DNA of 62,438 nt, the filler included. It is 5 parts of 5 records of this genome, joined end to end, with 100 filler letters (N's around TTAATTAATTAA, not from the genome) between each part and the next. Parts side by side here need not be neighbours in the genome. Positions count along the whole stretch, not along the records: positions 1 to 30,026 come from SRR31156797_5530; 4 more parts are not named here. One strand, 5' to 3'. The notes below the pieces were generated by a model. It searched no databases. It worked only from the letters and a program-made list of their open reading frames with translations, and was not told the origin of the DNA. Positions 1 through 9,960 of the stretch are shown in pieces (position 1 is the first letter of the stretch; each line of letters begins with the position of its first letter). A program made the translations under genes and the position numbers.

Positions 1-59
1 TACCTGCCCAAGGTGTTTGGGCTTACCTGCTCAAGGTGTTTGGGTAGCTGCATAAGGTG
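1..59. repeat. Short tandem repeat of an imperfectly palindromic 21-mer (TACCTGCYCAAGGTGTTTGGG x2 plus a degenerate third copy), possibly cut by the window edge
   Basis: Copies at 1-21 and 24-44 differ by one base; 45-59 TAGCTGCATAAGGTG is a partial copy; internal GCCCAA/TTGGGC stem. Confidence 0.6.
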
Positions 60-96
60 GATTTTACATACAATCATTATCGATGCCCCAAAACAA

Positions 97-125
97 AAAG
101 GTCGGAAGATAAACTCCCGACCTTT
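97..125 (-). terminator. Rho-independent terminator after the last PL11 gene
   Basis: AAAGGTCGGAAG-ATAAA-CTCCCGACCTTT inverted repeat followed by a T-run on the minus strand, about 60 nt past the stop at 187. Confidence 0.7.
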
Positions 126-186
126 AACATGCCATATACGGCATTATAATTACTTATTGTTTAATGTATCTATTCTTGAACTACTT

Positions 187-3100
187 TTAGTACTTCACTA
201 TTTTCATGGTACCAGAAGTATCTTCGGCAATCACTTTGATAAAATACACACCTGTTCTTAATGCTGAAACATCAATACTGTTTTTCTGCTGAACCATTGG
301 GCCTTTATAAACCAGTTTTCCGTTAGCATCATGAATCTCAACCCGGAAGGCTGTATTGATATCCAAGGCATCAATGTATAAGATATCTTTTACCGGATTA
401 GGATAGATATTGATTGTTCCCATTTTTTCGTTGTAAATGCCTGTTGGAGCATCCGAAACAGAAATAGTTCCATTGCTTAACAACGCTGAGGTATCCCAAT
501 ATAATCCATCTCCCGGTGTGGCAGGACTAATGGCGTCAAAGCCTCCGGAAATATTCGCACAATTTATAATTTGGTACGACTGACCCAAAGCAAAACTTCC
601 TGAAGTCGCTGTCATATATAAGGTACCGGCTAAATTCGTTGTTCCGCTCACACTTACCTTATCGCAAGTCTGACTGCTGGCATTCACTTTTACATAGTAA
701 CGTGCCCCCGTTAGCATATTTAAGTTATTATTGATGGTTAAGGTACCAATAGTAGCAGATAAGCCCGGCATAATATAACCACGGTTGTTTACCGTTACTT
801 CCCCGGCCACACTTCCTGTTCCGGCAAGAGAAGCATTACTGCTAATCGTAACTGCACCTGTACCGGTAGCACTTCCGCTTGTATTTGCTGCAATGATCGA
901 TCCCCGGCTTATAGTTGTTCCTCCACTATAGGTACTGGCATTAGTCAATGTCCAACGTCCGGTTCCGGTTTTAATAATAGCTGCTTTAGCTCCTGAGTTT
1001 TTATACTGATCATCGCTTATTTTACCATTAAATTCAACCGATGTTCCTTTTCCTCCAACTTGCCAGGTAATGGTATTGGTTGCCTGACCTCCCGAACCTA
1101 ATACAGAAGTTACAGAACCGGTTAACTCACCAATTTCAATTACGGCATCAGAACTGTTTTTATACACTGCAAAAACATCATCACCTAAATAAACAGAGGC
1201 ATTGGCATATCCGGCACTATTACCACAAATAAACCATCCTTCATTGCTTGTACTCACATTTATTTGTCCTGTAAATGCCGACCAGTCTCCATTTAAATGC
1301 GAACGTGTAAATGGGGTATTTAATTCCAGCGTTCCTCCTCCGGTTAATGTTCCGTAATGATCACAACGTCCATCTAAATTTAAAGTACCGGTAAAGCCGG
1401 AAGGCACTTCCATATTCCAGTAAATATCTGAATAAGAACCTGTATTGTTTAACATCTGTAAGGTGGCATCTTTAATTATTACCTTGTTGGTTCCTAAACC
1501 GTAACCATTAGCATTTTCGGATGTTAATGCAATAGTACCATCGGTTAGGTTTACAGCACCTGTTAAGCTATTTACAGCATCAAGATTTAAAGTACCCGTT
1601 CCTCTTTTGGTTAATACGCCGCTTCCTGTAATATTTCCTTCCAATGACAGACTTCCATCTCCATCTACATAAAACTCACCACCACTTGTTCCCACATAAA
1701 CCTGACGATTGGTGGTGCTGCTTGTTCCTGCATAAAAAATTCCACCACCATTCAAGGTAATACTGGTGCTGTTGCTGCTTCCTGCACCTAAACTACTTGC
1801 CTGACCTATGTTGTTTAATGTATTTACCTGCACCAAACCACCTTGTATATCCACATCTCCGGTAAATGTATTGGCATCGTTCATAATTAAATAACCATTT
1901 CCGGTTTTAGTTAATCCACCATCTCCACTAATAAATCCATCACCTGAGAATGTATAAGGGACGGTAATATCCACATTCATTGCTCCAATTGGCACTTCTT
2001 CTGAAACAATTACTTCCTGGTTACCATCATTGGTAAAATTCACCTCATCACCCACAACAAATACGTCATTTACGCTATTGTTTAACCAGTTGGTATTTTT
2101 CAATAAATTCCATTCATTAGTAGAAGTTCCATCCCAAACTACAGATGTGGCGGCTCTAGGAACAGTATTTACCAAAACTATAGATTGTCCCGATAATTCT
2201 AAAGAATATACAAACTCTTTAATCCCGGATACAATTACATTGTCCAGCGAACCAGAGAATGTTCCTGTGAAATTAACCAAAGTATATGTGCCACCACTTA
2301 ACGTTCCGTTTTGTTTGTTAAAGGAGAAAACTACCTCACCAGTTAGGTTTACATCTCCATTTACTGTGATGATATCGCTTTGATTTGTAGTGCCTGCTGG
2401 ATCATCAGACAAGTCCATTTCCAGCGTAGCTCCTTCTTCCATTACCAGCGATCCATTTATGGTAGTTGTACCCACGCTACCTTCACCGCTTCCGGCGATG
2501 AGTGTACCACCATTTAATACTTCTACTCCGGCAACAGCACCTTCTCCGGCAAATGCACCTTTGGTTTTTACCTTCACCTGACTTCCGGCTAAATCACCAT
2601 TGGCCGTTAATGTTCCTTCGGTTATGATAGTATTCCCTGTATAATCGTTATCTGTATTAATAATTAAACTTCCTTTGGCACTTTTTAATAAATCCATTGT
2701 TCCTGATAATTTACCTGTTCCACTAAAAGTGTAATCAGAAGGACTCACCACAGAAACTTTTGAAGGGCTCACTGTTTCGTTAATGATTATATCCGAGCTG
2801 TTATCGCCAGACATAGAGAATAAAACATCATCCCCATCGGTAAATACAGTACTCGTATGATTGGTCAATTTCCAGTTTTCGGTACTATTTACATCCCACT
2901 GAAAGTTTGAAGAACCTACCCACTTTAATTTAGCCTGAACAATAGGAGCTAGTGCTGGTTCCGGCATACCTTCTCCTAAGAAATAACCCAAATGCGGCGG
3001 TTGGTTATAACCCACATTTTGCCAGGCGATTGCTAGGCGATACTGAGGATCGTGCATGAGTGTAATAAACTTATGCTCTGTAACATCAGTTGTAGTATAT

Positions 3101-4794
3101 ATTCTAAGCTTATCATTATCAGTGGTACGTAAAATAAGTTCTTCACGCCAGTCTCCTAAAATATCTGCAGATAAATTAGGCGTTGCTTTTGTACTATTGT
3201 TTGAAGAGCATCCATTTGCAGTAAGCAAAGTACCCACTTTATATTTTGAAATAGTAATGTTATCTAATAATTCTCTGGTTAAATCGCCATCCCAATAAAT
3301 CAAAAAGTTTATCGCTGGTCTGCCTCCTGTTGCTATAATATCTCCTTTTACATCATAAACATTGTAAGAGGCTGTTGACCACATCTCATATCCATAATGA
3401 TCAGGGTCAATATCTCCAGCAAGTCCTCTTCCTACATCAGAATCATCTTTGTGCTGCCATAATATTTCCCCTGAATTGGCATCTCTATAACTTATACCAT
3501 CAACCTTATTCTCGTGAGGTTCAAAAACCTCGAGCCCATCCCTGGTTGGATCCATATCACTAACGTGTAATGCATCACCATGACCGAATCCTGTAGTATG
3601 CAAACCTGTACCATCATCATCTATGACACATGCTCCCATAATAATTTCATCTTTGCCATCAGCATCTACATCTGCCACACTTAGTTGATGATTACCCTGA
3701 CCGGAATAAGCACTATTTCCCGAATTAGTTGAATCAAATATCCATCTTTTGGTTAATGAAGTTCCATCCCAATCGTAAGCCGCCAAGGTCATCTTCGCAT
3801 AAATACCTCGCGTCATCACCAAACTTGGTTTTTCACCATCTAAATAAGCAATGCAGGCCATCAAACGGTCCACCCTGTTTCCATAACTGTCCCCCCAGTT
3901 ACTAACCGAGCCCCTGGCTACTTCAAAATCTACAGTTGCCAGCTCGTTACCTGTTTCTCCATTGAACACCGTTAAATATTCAGGTCCGGACAAAACATAG
4001 CCCGCAGAATTTCTATAATCCGCTGTATGATCATCAGCAGCAGCCGGCCCTGTACTTAAGTAATTCCCTGAGTTATCTCTTGATCCAGGTGCTGTTTTAC
4101 AAGCTAATTCAGCTTTTCCGTCTCCATCTAAATCATATACCATATATTGGGTATAGTGTGCCCCTGCACGAATATTAATTCCCAAATTAATTCTCCATAA
4201 GTGAGTTCCGTCTAATTCATACCCATCTAAAATAACATTTCCTGTACATCCACAATGTGCATTATCATGCGAATTGCTCGGATCCCACTTGACCACGATT
4301 TCATATTCTCCATCTCCATCCAGATCTCCTACACTACAGTCATTGGGAGAGTATGAATATTGTTGACCATCCGGATAATTTTTTGTCCCTGTACCATCAG
4401 TGCAATTGAAAGGAATAGTAATACCATCAGCTGGCATCTGCAGGTTTACGTCTTTATAATTGGCTGACCATATATTTACCGATTCAGATCTTTCCTGTTC
4501 AACACCATCAACAACAGCAGCAACAGAATATAAAGCATCGGCAGATGAACTGTCCACATAATTTGTTGAACCTGTGATCGGGGTTTCATTTAATTTAGTA
4601 TCATCCCGATAAACATAGAAAGCAACATCTTCTGACTCGGTTCCTAACCATCGCCAGCTAACAAATACTTCGTTTGTACTAGTTCGTACAGCCACTACGC
4701 CACGATCAATAATTTCAATTTGTCGTTGAGCAAACAAACTAAAACTGAAAGCAAGCAGCAGCAGTGTTAAACTTAACTTGATTTGATTTTTCAT
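187..4794 (-). CDS. Rhamnogalacturonan lyase (PL11, YesW/YesX-like) + autotransporter-associated beta-strand repeats + T9SS C-terminal sorting domain
   Basis: PL11 motifs RGVVAV..VSWR, NDCSVGDLDGDGEYEIVVKWDP, NIRAGAHYT, GQGNHQL, GHGDALH, YNQPPH; four GxLxKxGxGxLxxxxxNxxxG repeats; IYPNP...GVYFIKV...KIVK CTD. Start moved to ATG 4794 (MKNQIKLSL..., signal peptide). Confidence 0.9.
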   Translation of the reverse strand: MKNQIKLSLTLLLLAFSFSLFAQRQIEIIDRGVVAVRTSTNEVFVSWRWLGTESEDVAFYVYRDDTKLNETPITGSTNYVDSSSADALYSVAAVVDGVEQERSESVNIWSANYKDVNLQMPADGITIPFNCTDGTGTKNYPDGQQYSYSPNDCSVGDLDGDGEYEIVVKWDPSNSHDNAHCGCTGNVILDGYELDGTHLWRINLGINIRAGAHYTQYMVYDLDGDGKAELACKTAPGSRDNSGNYLSTGPAAADDHTADYRNSAGYVLSGPEYLTVFNGETGNELATVDFEVARGSVSNWGDSYGNRVDRLMACIAYLDGEKPSLVMTRGIYAKMTLAAYDWDGTSLTKRWIFDSTNSGNSAYSGQGNHQLSVADVDADGKDEIIMGACVIDDDGTGLHTTGFGHGDALHVSDMDPTRDGLEVFEPHENKVDGISYRDANSGEILWQHKDDSDVGRGLAGDIDPDHYGYEMWSTASYNVYDVKGDIIATGGRPAINFLIYWDGDLTRELLDNITISKYKVGTLLTANGCSSNNSTKATPNLSADILGDWREELILRTTDNDKLRIYTTTDVTEHKFITLMHDPQYRLAIAWQNVGYNQPPHLGYFLGEGMPEPALAPIVQAKLKWVGSSNFQWDVNSTENWKLTNHTSTVFTDGDDVLFSMSGDNSSDIIINETVSPSKVSVVSPSDYTFSGTGKLSGTMDLLKSAKGSLIINTDNDYTGNTIITEGTLTANGDLAGSQVKVKTKGAFAGEGAVAGVEVLNGGTLIAGSGEGSVGTTTINGSLVMEEGATLEMDLSDDPAGTTNQSDIITVNGDVNLTGEVVFSFNKQNGTLSGGTYTLVNFTGTFSGSLDNVIVSGIKEFVYSLELSGQSIVLVNTVPRAATSVVWDGTSTNEWNLLKNTNWLNNSVNDVFVVGDEVNFTNDGNQEVIVSEEVPIGAMNVDITVPYTFSGDGFISGDGGLTKTGNGYLIMNDANTFTGDVDIQGGLVQVNTLNNIGQASSLGAGSSNSTSITLNGGGIFYAGTSSTTNRQVYVGTSGGEFYVDGDGSLSLEGNITGSGVLTKRGTGTLNLDAVNSLTGAVNLTDGTIALTSENANGYGLGTNKVIIKDATLQMLNNTGSYSDIYWNMEVPSGFTGTLNLDGRCDHYGTLTGGGTLELNTPFTRSHLNGDWSAFTGQINVSTSNEGWFICGNSAGYANASVYLGDDVFAVYKNSSDAVIEIGELTGSVTSVLGSGGQATNTITWQVGGKGTSVEFNGKISDDQYKNSGAKAAIIKTGTGRWTLTNASTYSGGTTISRGSIIAANTSGSATGTGAVTISSNASLAGTGSVAGEVTVNNRGYIMPGLSATIGTLTINNNLNMLTGARYYVKVNASSQTCDKVSVSGTTNLAGTLYMTATSGSFALGQSYQIINCANISGGFDAISPATPGDGLYWDTSALLSNGTISVSDAPTGIYNEKMGTINIYPNPVKDILYIDALDINTAFRVEIHDANGKLVYKGPMVQQKNSIDVSALRTGVYFIKVIAEDTSGTMKIVKY

Positions 4795-4820
4795 GTGTTT
4801 ATTTTTTCTTTTAATTGTCA

Positions 4821-4883
4821 CATGGAACTCGCTGAAAAAAATTATTCTCGTGTGTGAGAACATTTTCTCATGGCTCGTTTCAT
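4821..4883 (-). ncRNA. Putative structured cis-RNA element, copy 1 (ATGAAAC-GA-hairpin-GA-GTTCCATG)
   Basis: Flanks identical to the copy at 19401-19449; different inner hairpin; ends 26 nt before the start codon. Confidence 0.5.
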
Positions 4884-5110
4884 TTGCTTAAATTAGTATC
4901 AAGACGAAAGTATCAAGACAAAAGACTGATTTACAAAACTCATAGAAAGTCACGCATATCAGCTAGGGTATTTAATACTTCTTCGTGATCATTTTATGTA
5001 TTCAAATTTGCTTATAGTCGTGTACTTTTTCCATTGTGATTTACGTTCAGATCCAACTTATCCTTTTCCACCTTCTCTTCTTCTCGGTTTCCTTCTTTAA
5101 ATCATAAAGT

Positions 5111-5148
5111 CCCTTTTATGGATTCTGATTAATAAATCCATAAAAGGG
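5111..5148 (-). terminator. Stem-loop/terminator after the second PL11 gene
   Basis: CCCTTTTATGGATT-N10-AATCCATAAAAGGG perfect 14-bp inverted repeat. Confidence 0.7.
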
Positions 5149-5174
5149 CTACCTTAAAACTATATACAAAACAC

Positions 5175-8100
5175 TTATTCTATCATTAACTTGCTATGGT
5201 ATTTAGTACCATTCACATCTACCACAATTAAATAAATTCCTTTACTTAATTCATTTAATTGTAATGGTGCATTTGCATTTAAATCTATTGTTTTACTATA
5301 CACTATTCTACCTGTTAAATCCTGAACATTTACCAAGGCCTCTCCTGTTACATCCGGTATTTTTAACCAGACAGTTCCATTCGAAGGGTTTGGATGCACA
5401 ACAAAAGATGTTCCTGTGCTTTTTTCAAAGATGGCAGTTGGGGTATCGCTTACTGAAATAACTCCATTTGAGTTAAGTTTTGATGTATCCCAATATAAAG
5501 CATCTCCAGGAGTTGCAGGACTAATGGATGCAAACTCACCTGTTATAGTTGGAGCATCAATTATCTTATAAGACTGACCGTTGGCAAAGCTTCCGCTTGA
5601 AGCCACCATGTATAAAGTTCCGGATAAGCTAACAGATCCGGTAGCTTTAAATTGATCACAATCCTGAGTTGTGGCATCTGCTTTAATATATACTCTACCT
5701 CCTGTATTGATGGTTACATCGTTATTGATAGTTAAAGTACCTATGCTTGTGCTAAGTCCCGGCATTAAATAACCCCGACTATTAACTATAACCTCACCAG
5801 CTATAGAACCTGTACCTGCAAGAGAAGCATTGGTCATGATTTCCACACTTCCGGTTCCGGTTGCACTACCGCTGATATTAGTAGCGATAATAGTCCCTCT
5901 TTCAATTGAAGTTCCTCCTGAATATGTATTGGCATTTGTTAGTGTCCATCTTCCACTTCCGGCTTTAATAATAGCTGCCTGAGAACCTGAATTTTTAAAT
6001 TGTGTATCGGTTATTTTTCCATCATATTGAAAAGAAGTTCCTTTTCCTCCTATTTCCCAAGTAATGGTATTTACCGCTTCTCCTCCTGATCCAAGAACCG
6101 CTAAAGATGAACCTGTTAATTCACCAATTTCAATGGTAACATCATTACTTGATCTGTATAGTGCAGTTACATCGTCTCCTAAATAGATACTTGTACCGCC
6201 ATATCCACTTGTATTTCCAAGAATTAACCAACCATCATTTGCTGTTGTCGAGGCATTGATACTTCCTGTAAAAGCAGACCAGTCACCAAATAACTCTGAA
6301 CGGATAAAGGGAATACTCAGATTTAAAGTACCTGCGCCGCTTAAGCTACCATACATAGCACAACGGCCATCCAGATTTAGCGTTGCATTACTTCCTGACG
6401 GTATTACTAAGTCCCAGTTTACATCGCTATAAGAACCAGAATTATTATACATCTGAAGGGTTGTATTTTTAATAGTTACAGATGAACCGACTCCGGAAAT
6501 ATTGGCTGCTTCCGTTCCTAAGGTTAACGTTCCGTCATTTACTTGAGTAGCAGCATGCGTTCCTGTACCTTTTAAAGTTAAGGCACCTACTCCATCTTTT
6601 ATTAAATCTCCTGTACCGGTAATATCTCCTTCAAAATCCATACTTACTCCGGAAGCTAGGTAAAAAGTTGCATTGGCATCACCTATGGTCATTGATCGGT
6701 TAGTTGAACTGCTTGTATTGGTAATACTCAGTACAGAACCATTAACTACAAAATTAGAAGCATCTGCAGATGCAGCTCCTAAAGGCCCACTTAATCCTGC
6801 ATTGGAAATATAAGCTACTTCTGTTAAACCGCCATTTAAAGTAACCGGACCTGTAAAATCATTAATGGTATTGATAAACAGTTTACCCGTTCCATTTTTA
6901 GTTAATCCTCCAGTACCTGAAATACTTCCATCTCCATTAAATGTATAATCAACGCTACCATCAACAGTCATAGAACCAACAGGCACTACTTCTGTAATAT
7001 CCACAGTTGTTTGCGCAGAACCATCTGCATTAAACAATACTTCATCATTACCTAAAAACCAATCGGCAGTACCCTCATTATCCCAGTTTTCTGCTCCTGC
7101 AAAATCCCATATATTACTTTCCGTACCTGACCAGATAATAGATGTAGCTGCTCTCACCTCCAATACTTTTAGTGAAAGTTTTCCATCAGCCACCTGTAAT
7201 TCACACGCCACATCATCTAATCCTTCCATTGAAATACTCTCAAGGTCTCCCGTAAAAGTTCCATCAAAAGTGATTAAATCATACACGCCGGGATTTAAAC
7301 TACCCTCCATACGATTGAATATTAAGTTGGCTGTCGCTTCAATACTCACATCTCCGGTAACCGCAATTAAATCATTGCTTCCGGAAGGGTCAATGCTCAA
7401 ATCGATATATGTTTTTGAACCCGTATTTAAAGTCAATCCATTCTGAACAGCAACACTTGCTGCCATAGCTTCCTGATTACCCACATGAAATTTACCACGC
7501 GATTTAACCAACAAGCCGTTACCTATAGTTCCATTTAAATATAAATTACCAAACATGCACACTTCCATGGCACTTGCTGTTAAATCTCCATTTAGGAATA
7601 TAGAACCATAGTATAATTTAGTAATTCCGCTATAATCGTTGTTATTGTTGATGGTTAAGGCTCCTGAACCGGCTTTTAACAATTCCATTGTTCCGGTTAA
7701 TTTACCAGTACCTCCAATGCTATAATCGGTGTGAGTAGTAAAAGAAACACTCTTTGGACTTACATCGGCAACCAAAGAAACCTCACTGCTATTGTCTCCT
7801 GTTAAATCAAATAATACCTCGGCCTCATTGCTATAGGCTACTGAATTTCCACTATCATCAATCCATGATTCAGCACCAGCTCCCCAATTAGGACCACTCA
7901 CCCAGGCTATTTTATTATTGATAACAGGATATGGAACTGCATCTTCAGTTTCATTTCCTAAATAAATAGCTGTGTGAGGAGGTTGGTTATAGGAGTTATT
8001 TTGCCATGCAACCGCAATTCTGTATTGAGGTTCGTGCATTAAAGTTGGCATCCTAAACTCTGTTGGATCAATCGTAGTATAAATGCGTAATGCAGTGTTA

Positions 8101-9770
8101 TCGGTTGTTCTCACCATCATTTCCTCACGCCAGTCACCAAAAATATCCGCTTGCAAACAAGGTGTTCCTTTTGTCCAGTTATTGGTAGTACTTCCGTAAG
8201 CTGATAAAATAGAATAATTATCTTTTGCATTGGAATCGTATTTTGAAATTATTGGAGTTCCAATACCTGTTGTTGAACTAAAAGAATGATCCTGGAATTC
8301 GCGCATTTTATCACCATCCCAAAAAATCATAAAGTTCATAGGAACATTGTTGGCTCCTACATTTTCACCCTTTGTATTATACATAGGGCATTCTGTGGCT
8401 CCCCATAATTCAAAACCCTCATTCTCGGTTGAAATATCGCCGGCTGCACATCGTCCACAATCTCTATTTGAACTATATCTGATTAAAAGTTCCCCTGTAG
8501 CTGCATCTCTGAATGTAGCCCCCCAGGTTGCACTTCCTTCTAAACATTGCCATATTTCCAATCCTGGTCTGTCCGGATCCATATCCGATACATGTAAAGC
8601 ATCACCATGCCCGAATCCGGTTGAAAATAAACCTTCGCCTGTATTATCTACCACCATTGCACCATATACAATTTCATCACAACCGTCGTCATCTACATCA
8701 GCACAACTCAATTGATGATTACCCTGCCCATGATAAGCAGTGGCCACACCACCAGGTGAGCTATCCCATGCCCAACGCTTGGTTAAATTGGTTCCATCCC
8801 AATCCCAGGCTTCTAATTTAATACGATGATAAATACCTCGTCCGTTTACAAAACTTGGGTGTTTACCATCCAAATAAGCTACTGTCCACATACATTTGGT
8901 AGCTCTGTGTCCTAACTGACTGTCAGACATTCCTGCCGATCCCCATTGTACTAACGGATCGCGCTCTATGTAATAATCCCAGGCTAACTCTTCTCCTGTT
9001 TCTCCATCAAAAACAGATATATAGTCTGGCCCTTCTATACGATAATATGATGAATTATAAGCAAATCCATAATCATCGATTCTGCCATCGCCATCGCGAT
9101 CGCCAATATTATTCCCCACACCATCAATCATTCCATCCGAAGTACGTGTAATGATTTCTGCTTTTCCATCTTCATCAAAATCATACACTAAAAAGTTAAC
9201 CTCTACTTTATTGTGCATATTAGGCCCCAGGTTAATTGCCCACATAAATGTTCCATCCAACTCATAAGCCTCCAGATAATGATAATTGCTAGATCCTAAA
9301 TCAGCCAATGCTAATCGTTTTACCACCACTTCATATTCTCCATCACCATCTAAATCTCCAACCGATGCATCATTTAACTCATAGGTATCCCAGGTGCCAT
9401 CAATGGCTCTTACCGGAATATCCATATATTGATTACTCCAGACAGGTACAGCTTCTGAATGTGCTTGTTCAACACCATCGATAATAGCAGTAACGGTATA
9501 GGTAGCACTAGCTCCGGCTCCTTCGTCCACATAATTTGAAGCACCGGTTACAGGTGTTGAAGTAAGCAACTCCCCATCTCGATACACATTATAACTTACA
9601 TTTCGTAACTCTGTTGCAGGAATTCTCCATCCAATATAATTGTTTAGTCCATCCCTTACTGCTAAAACACCTCGGTTTAGCTCCTCCATTTTCCGTTGCC
9701 CCCAAACACTAAACGATATCAATAACATGATAACGACTGCGATAGAGCGGTTACTGCCAGTTAAATTCAT
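5175..9770 (-). CDS. Second PL11 rhamnogalacturonan lyase + autotransporter-associated beta-strand repeats + T9SS CTD
   Basis: Signal peptide; ELNRGVLAV, NDASVGDLDGDGEYE, GQGNHQL, GHGDALH, YNQPPH; repeats such as GTGGLTKNGTGKLFINTINDFTG; VHPNPS...KGIYLIVV...KLMIE CTD. Confidence 0.88.
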   Translation of the reverse strand: MNLTGSNRSIAVVIMLLISFSVWGQRKMEELNRGVLAVRDGLNNYIGWRIPATELRNVSYNVYRDGELLTSTPVTGASNYVDEGAGASATYTVTAIIDGVEQAHSEAVPVWSNQYMDIPVRAIDGTWDTYELNDASVGDLDGDGEYEVVVKRLALADLGSSNYHYLEAYELDGTFMWAINLGPNMHNKVEVNFLVYDFDEDGKAEIITRTSDGMIDGVGNNIGDRDGDGRIDDYGFAYNSSYYRIEGPDYISVFDGETGEELAWDYYIERDPLVQWGSAGMSDSQLGHRATKCMWTVAYLDGKHPSFVNGRGIYHRIKLEAWDWDGTNLTKRWAWDSSPGGVATAYHGQGNHQLSCADVDDDGCDEIVYGAMVVDNTGEGLFSTGFGHGDALHVSDMDPDRPGLEIWQCLEGSATWGATFRDAATGELLIRYSSNRDCGRCAAGDISTENEGFELWGATECPMYNTKGENVGANNVPMNFMIFWDGDKMREFQDHSFSSTTGIGTPIISKYDSNAKDNYSILSAYGSTTNNWTKGTPCLQADIFGDWREEMMVRTTDNTALRIYTTIDPTEFRMPTLMHEPQYRIAVAWQNNSYNQPPHTAIYLGNETEDAVPYPVINNKIAWVSGPNWGAGAESWIDDSGNSVAYSNEAEVLFDLTGDNSSEVSLVADVSPKSVSFTTHTDYSIGGTGKLTGTMELLKAGSGALTINNNNDYSGITKLYYGSIFLNGDLTASAMEVCMFGNLYLNGTIGNGLLVKSRGKFHVGNQEAMAASVAVQNGLTLNTGSKTYIDLSIDPSGSNDLIAVTGDVSIEATANLIFNRMEGSLNPGVYDLITFDGTFTGDLESISMEGLDDVACELQVADGKLSLKVLEVRAATSIIWSGTESNIWDFAGAENWDNEGTADWFLGNDEVLFNADGSAQTTVDITEVVPVGSMTVDGSVDYTFNGDGSISGTGGLTKNGTGKLFINTINDFTGPVTLNGGLTEVAYISNAGLSGPLGAASADASNFVVNGSVLSITNTSSSTNRSMTIGDANATFYLASGVSMDFEGDITGTGDLIKDGVGALTLKGTGTHAATQVNDGTLTLGTEAANISGVGSSVTIKNTTLQMYNNSGSYSDVNWDLVIPSGSNATLNLDGRCAMYGSLSGAGTLNLSIPFIRSELFGDWSAFTGSINASTTANDGWLILGNTSGYGGTSIYLGDDVTALYRSSNDVTIEIGELTGSSLAVLGSGGEAVNTITWEIGGKGTSFQYDGKITDTQFKNSGSQAAIIKAGSGRWTLTNANTYSGGTSIERGTIIATNISGSATGTGSVEIMTNASLAGTGSIAGEVIVNSRGYLMPGLSTSIGTLTINNDVTINTGGRVYIKADATTQDCDQFKATGSVSLSGTLYMVASSGSFANGQSYKIIDAPTITGEFASISPATPGDALYWDTSKLNSNGVISVSDTPTAIFEKSTGTSFVVHPNPSNGTVWLKIPDVTGEALVNVQDLTGRIVYSKTIDLNANAPLQLNELSKGIYLIVVDVNGTKYHSKLMIE

Positions 9771-9894
9771 TATGCTTTAATATTTTAAGGGAGTTAATGG
9801 TCTGTGTAGTAATTTCGCCCCCCAATTTTCAATGACTTAATTCTTTAAGCTCCTAATTACTCAAACTCTTTGTTAAGATGGCTCTGATTAAAGA

Positions 9895-9922
9895 TAACCC
9901 TCCCCTGAATTGGGGAGGGTTA
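9895..9922 (-). terminator. GC-rich stem-loop after the 955-aa T9SS cargo gene
   Basis: TAACCCTCCCC-TGAATT-GGGGAGGGTTA 11-bp inverted repeat. Confidence 0.7.
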
Positions 9923-9960
9923 GTCAAATTCTATTTTTTTCTATTTGAAAAGCGAACTAC

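Noticed and set aside
1-59. Possible CRISPR array
   Set aside because: Repeats are adjacent with no spacers, and no cas genes are present in the window
4795-4863. ORF-track N-terminal extension of the PL11 gene (likewise 54100-54138 for rpsL and 34645-34677 for nfeD)
   Set aside because: Signal peptide, RBS or family N-terminus indicates downstream starts
4895-4929. AGTATCAAGAC direct repeat (x2) upstream of the leader element
   Set aside because: Only two short copies of a low-complexity type common in Bacteroidota intergenic DNA; no supportable function
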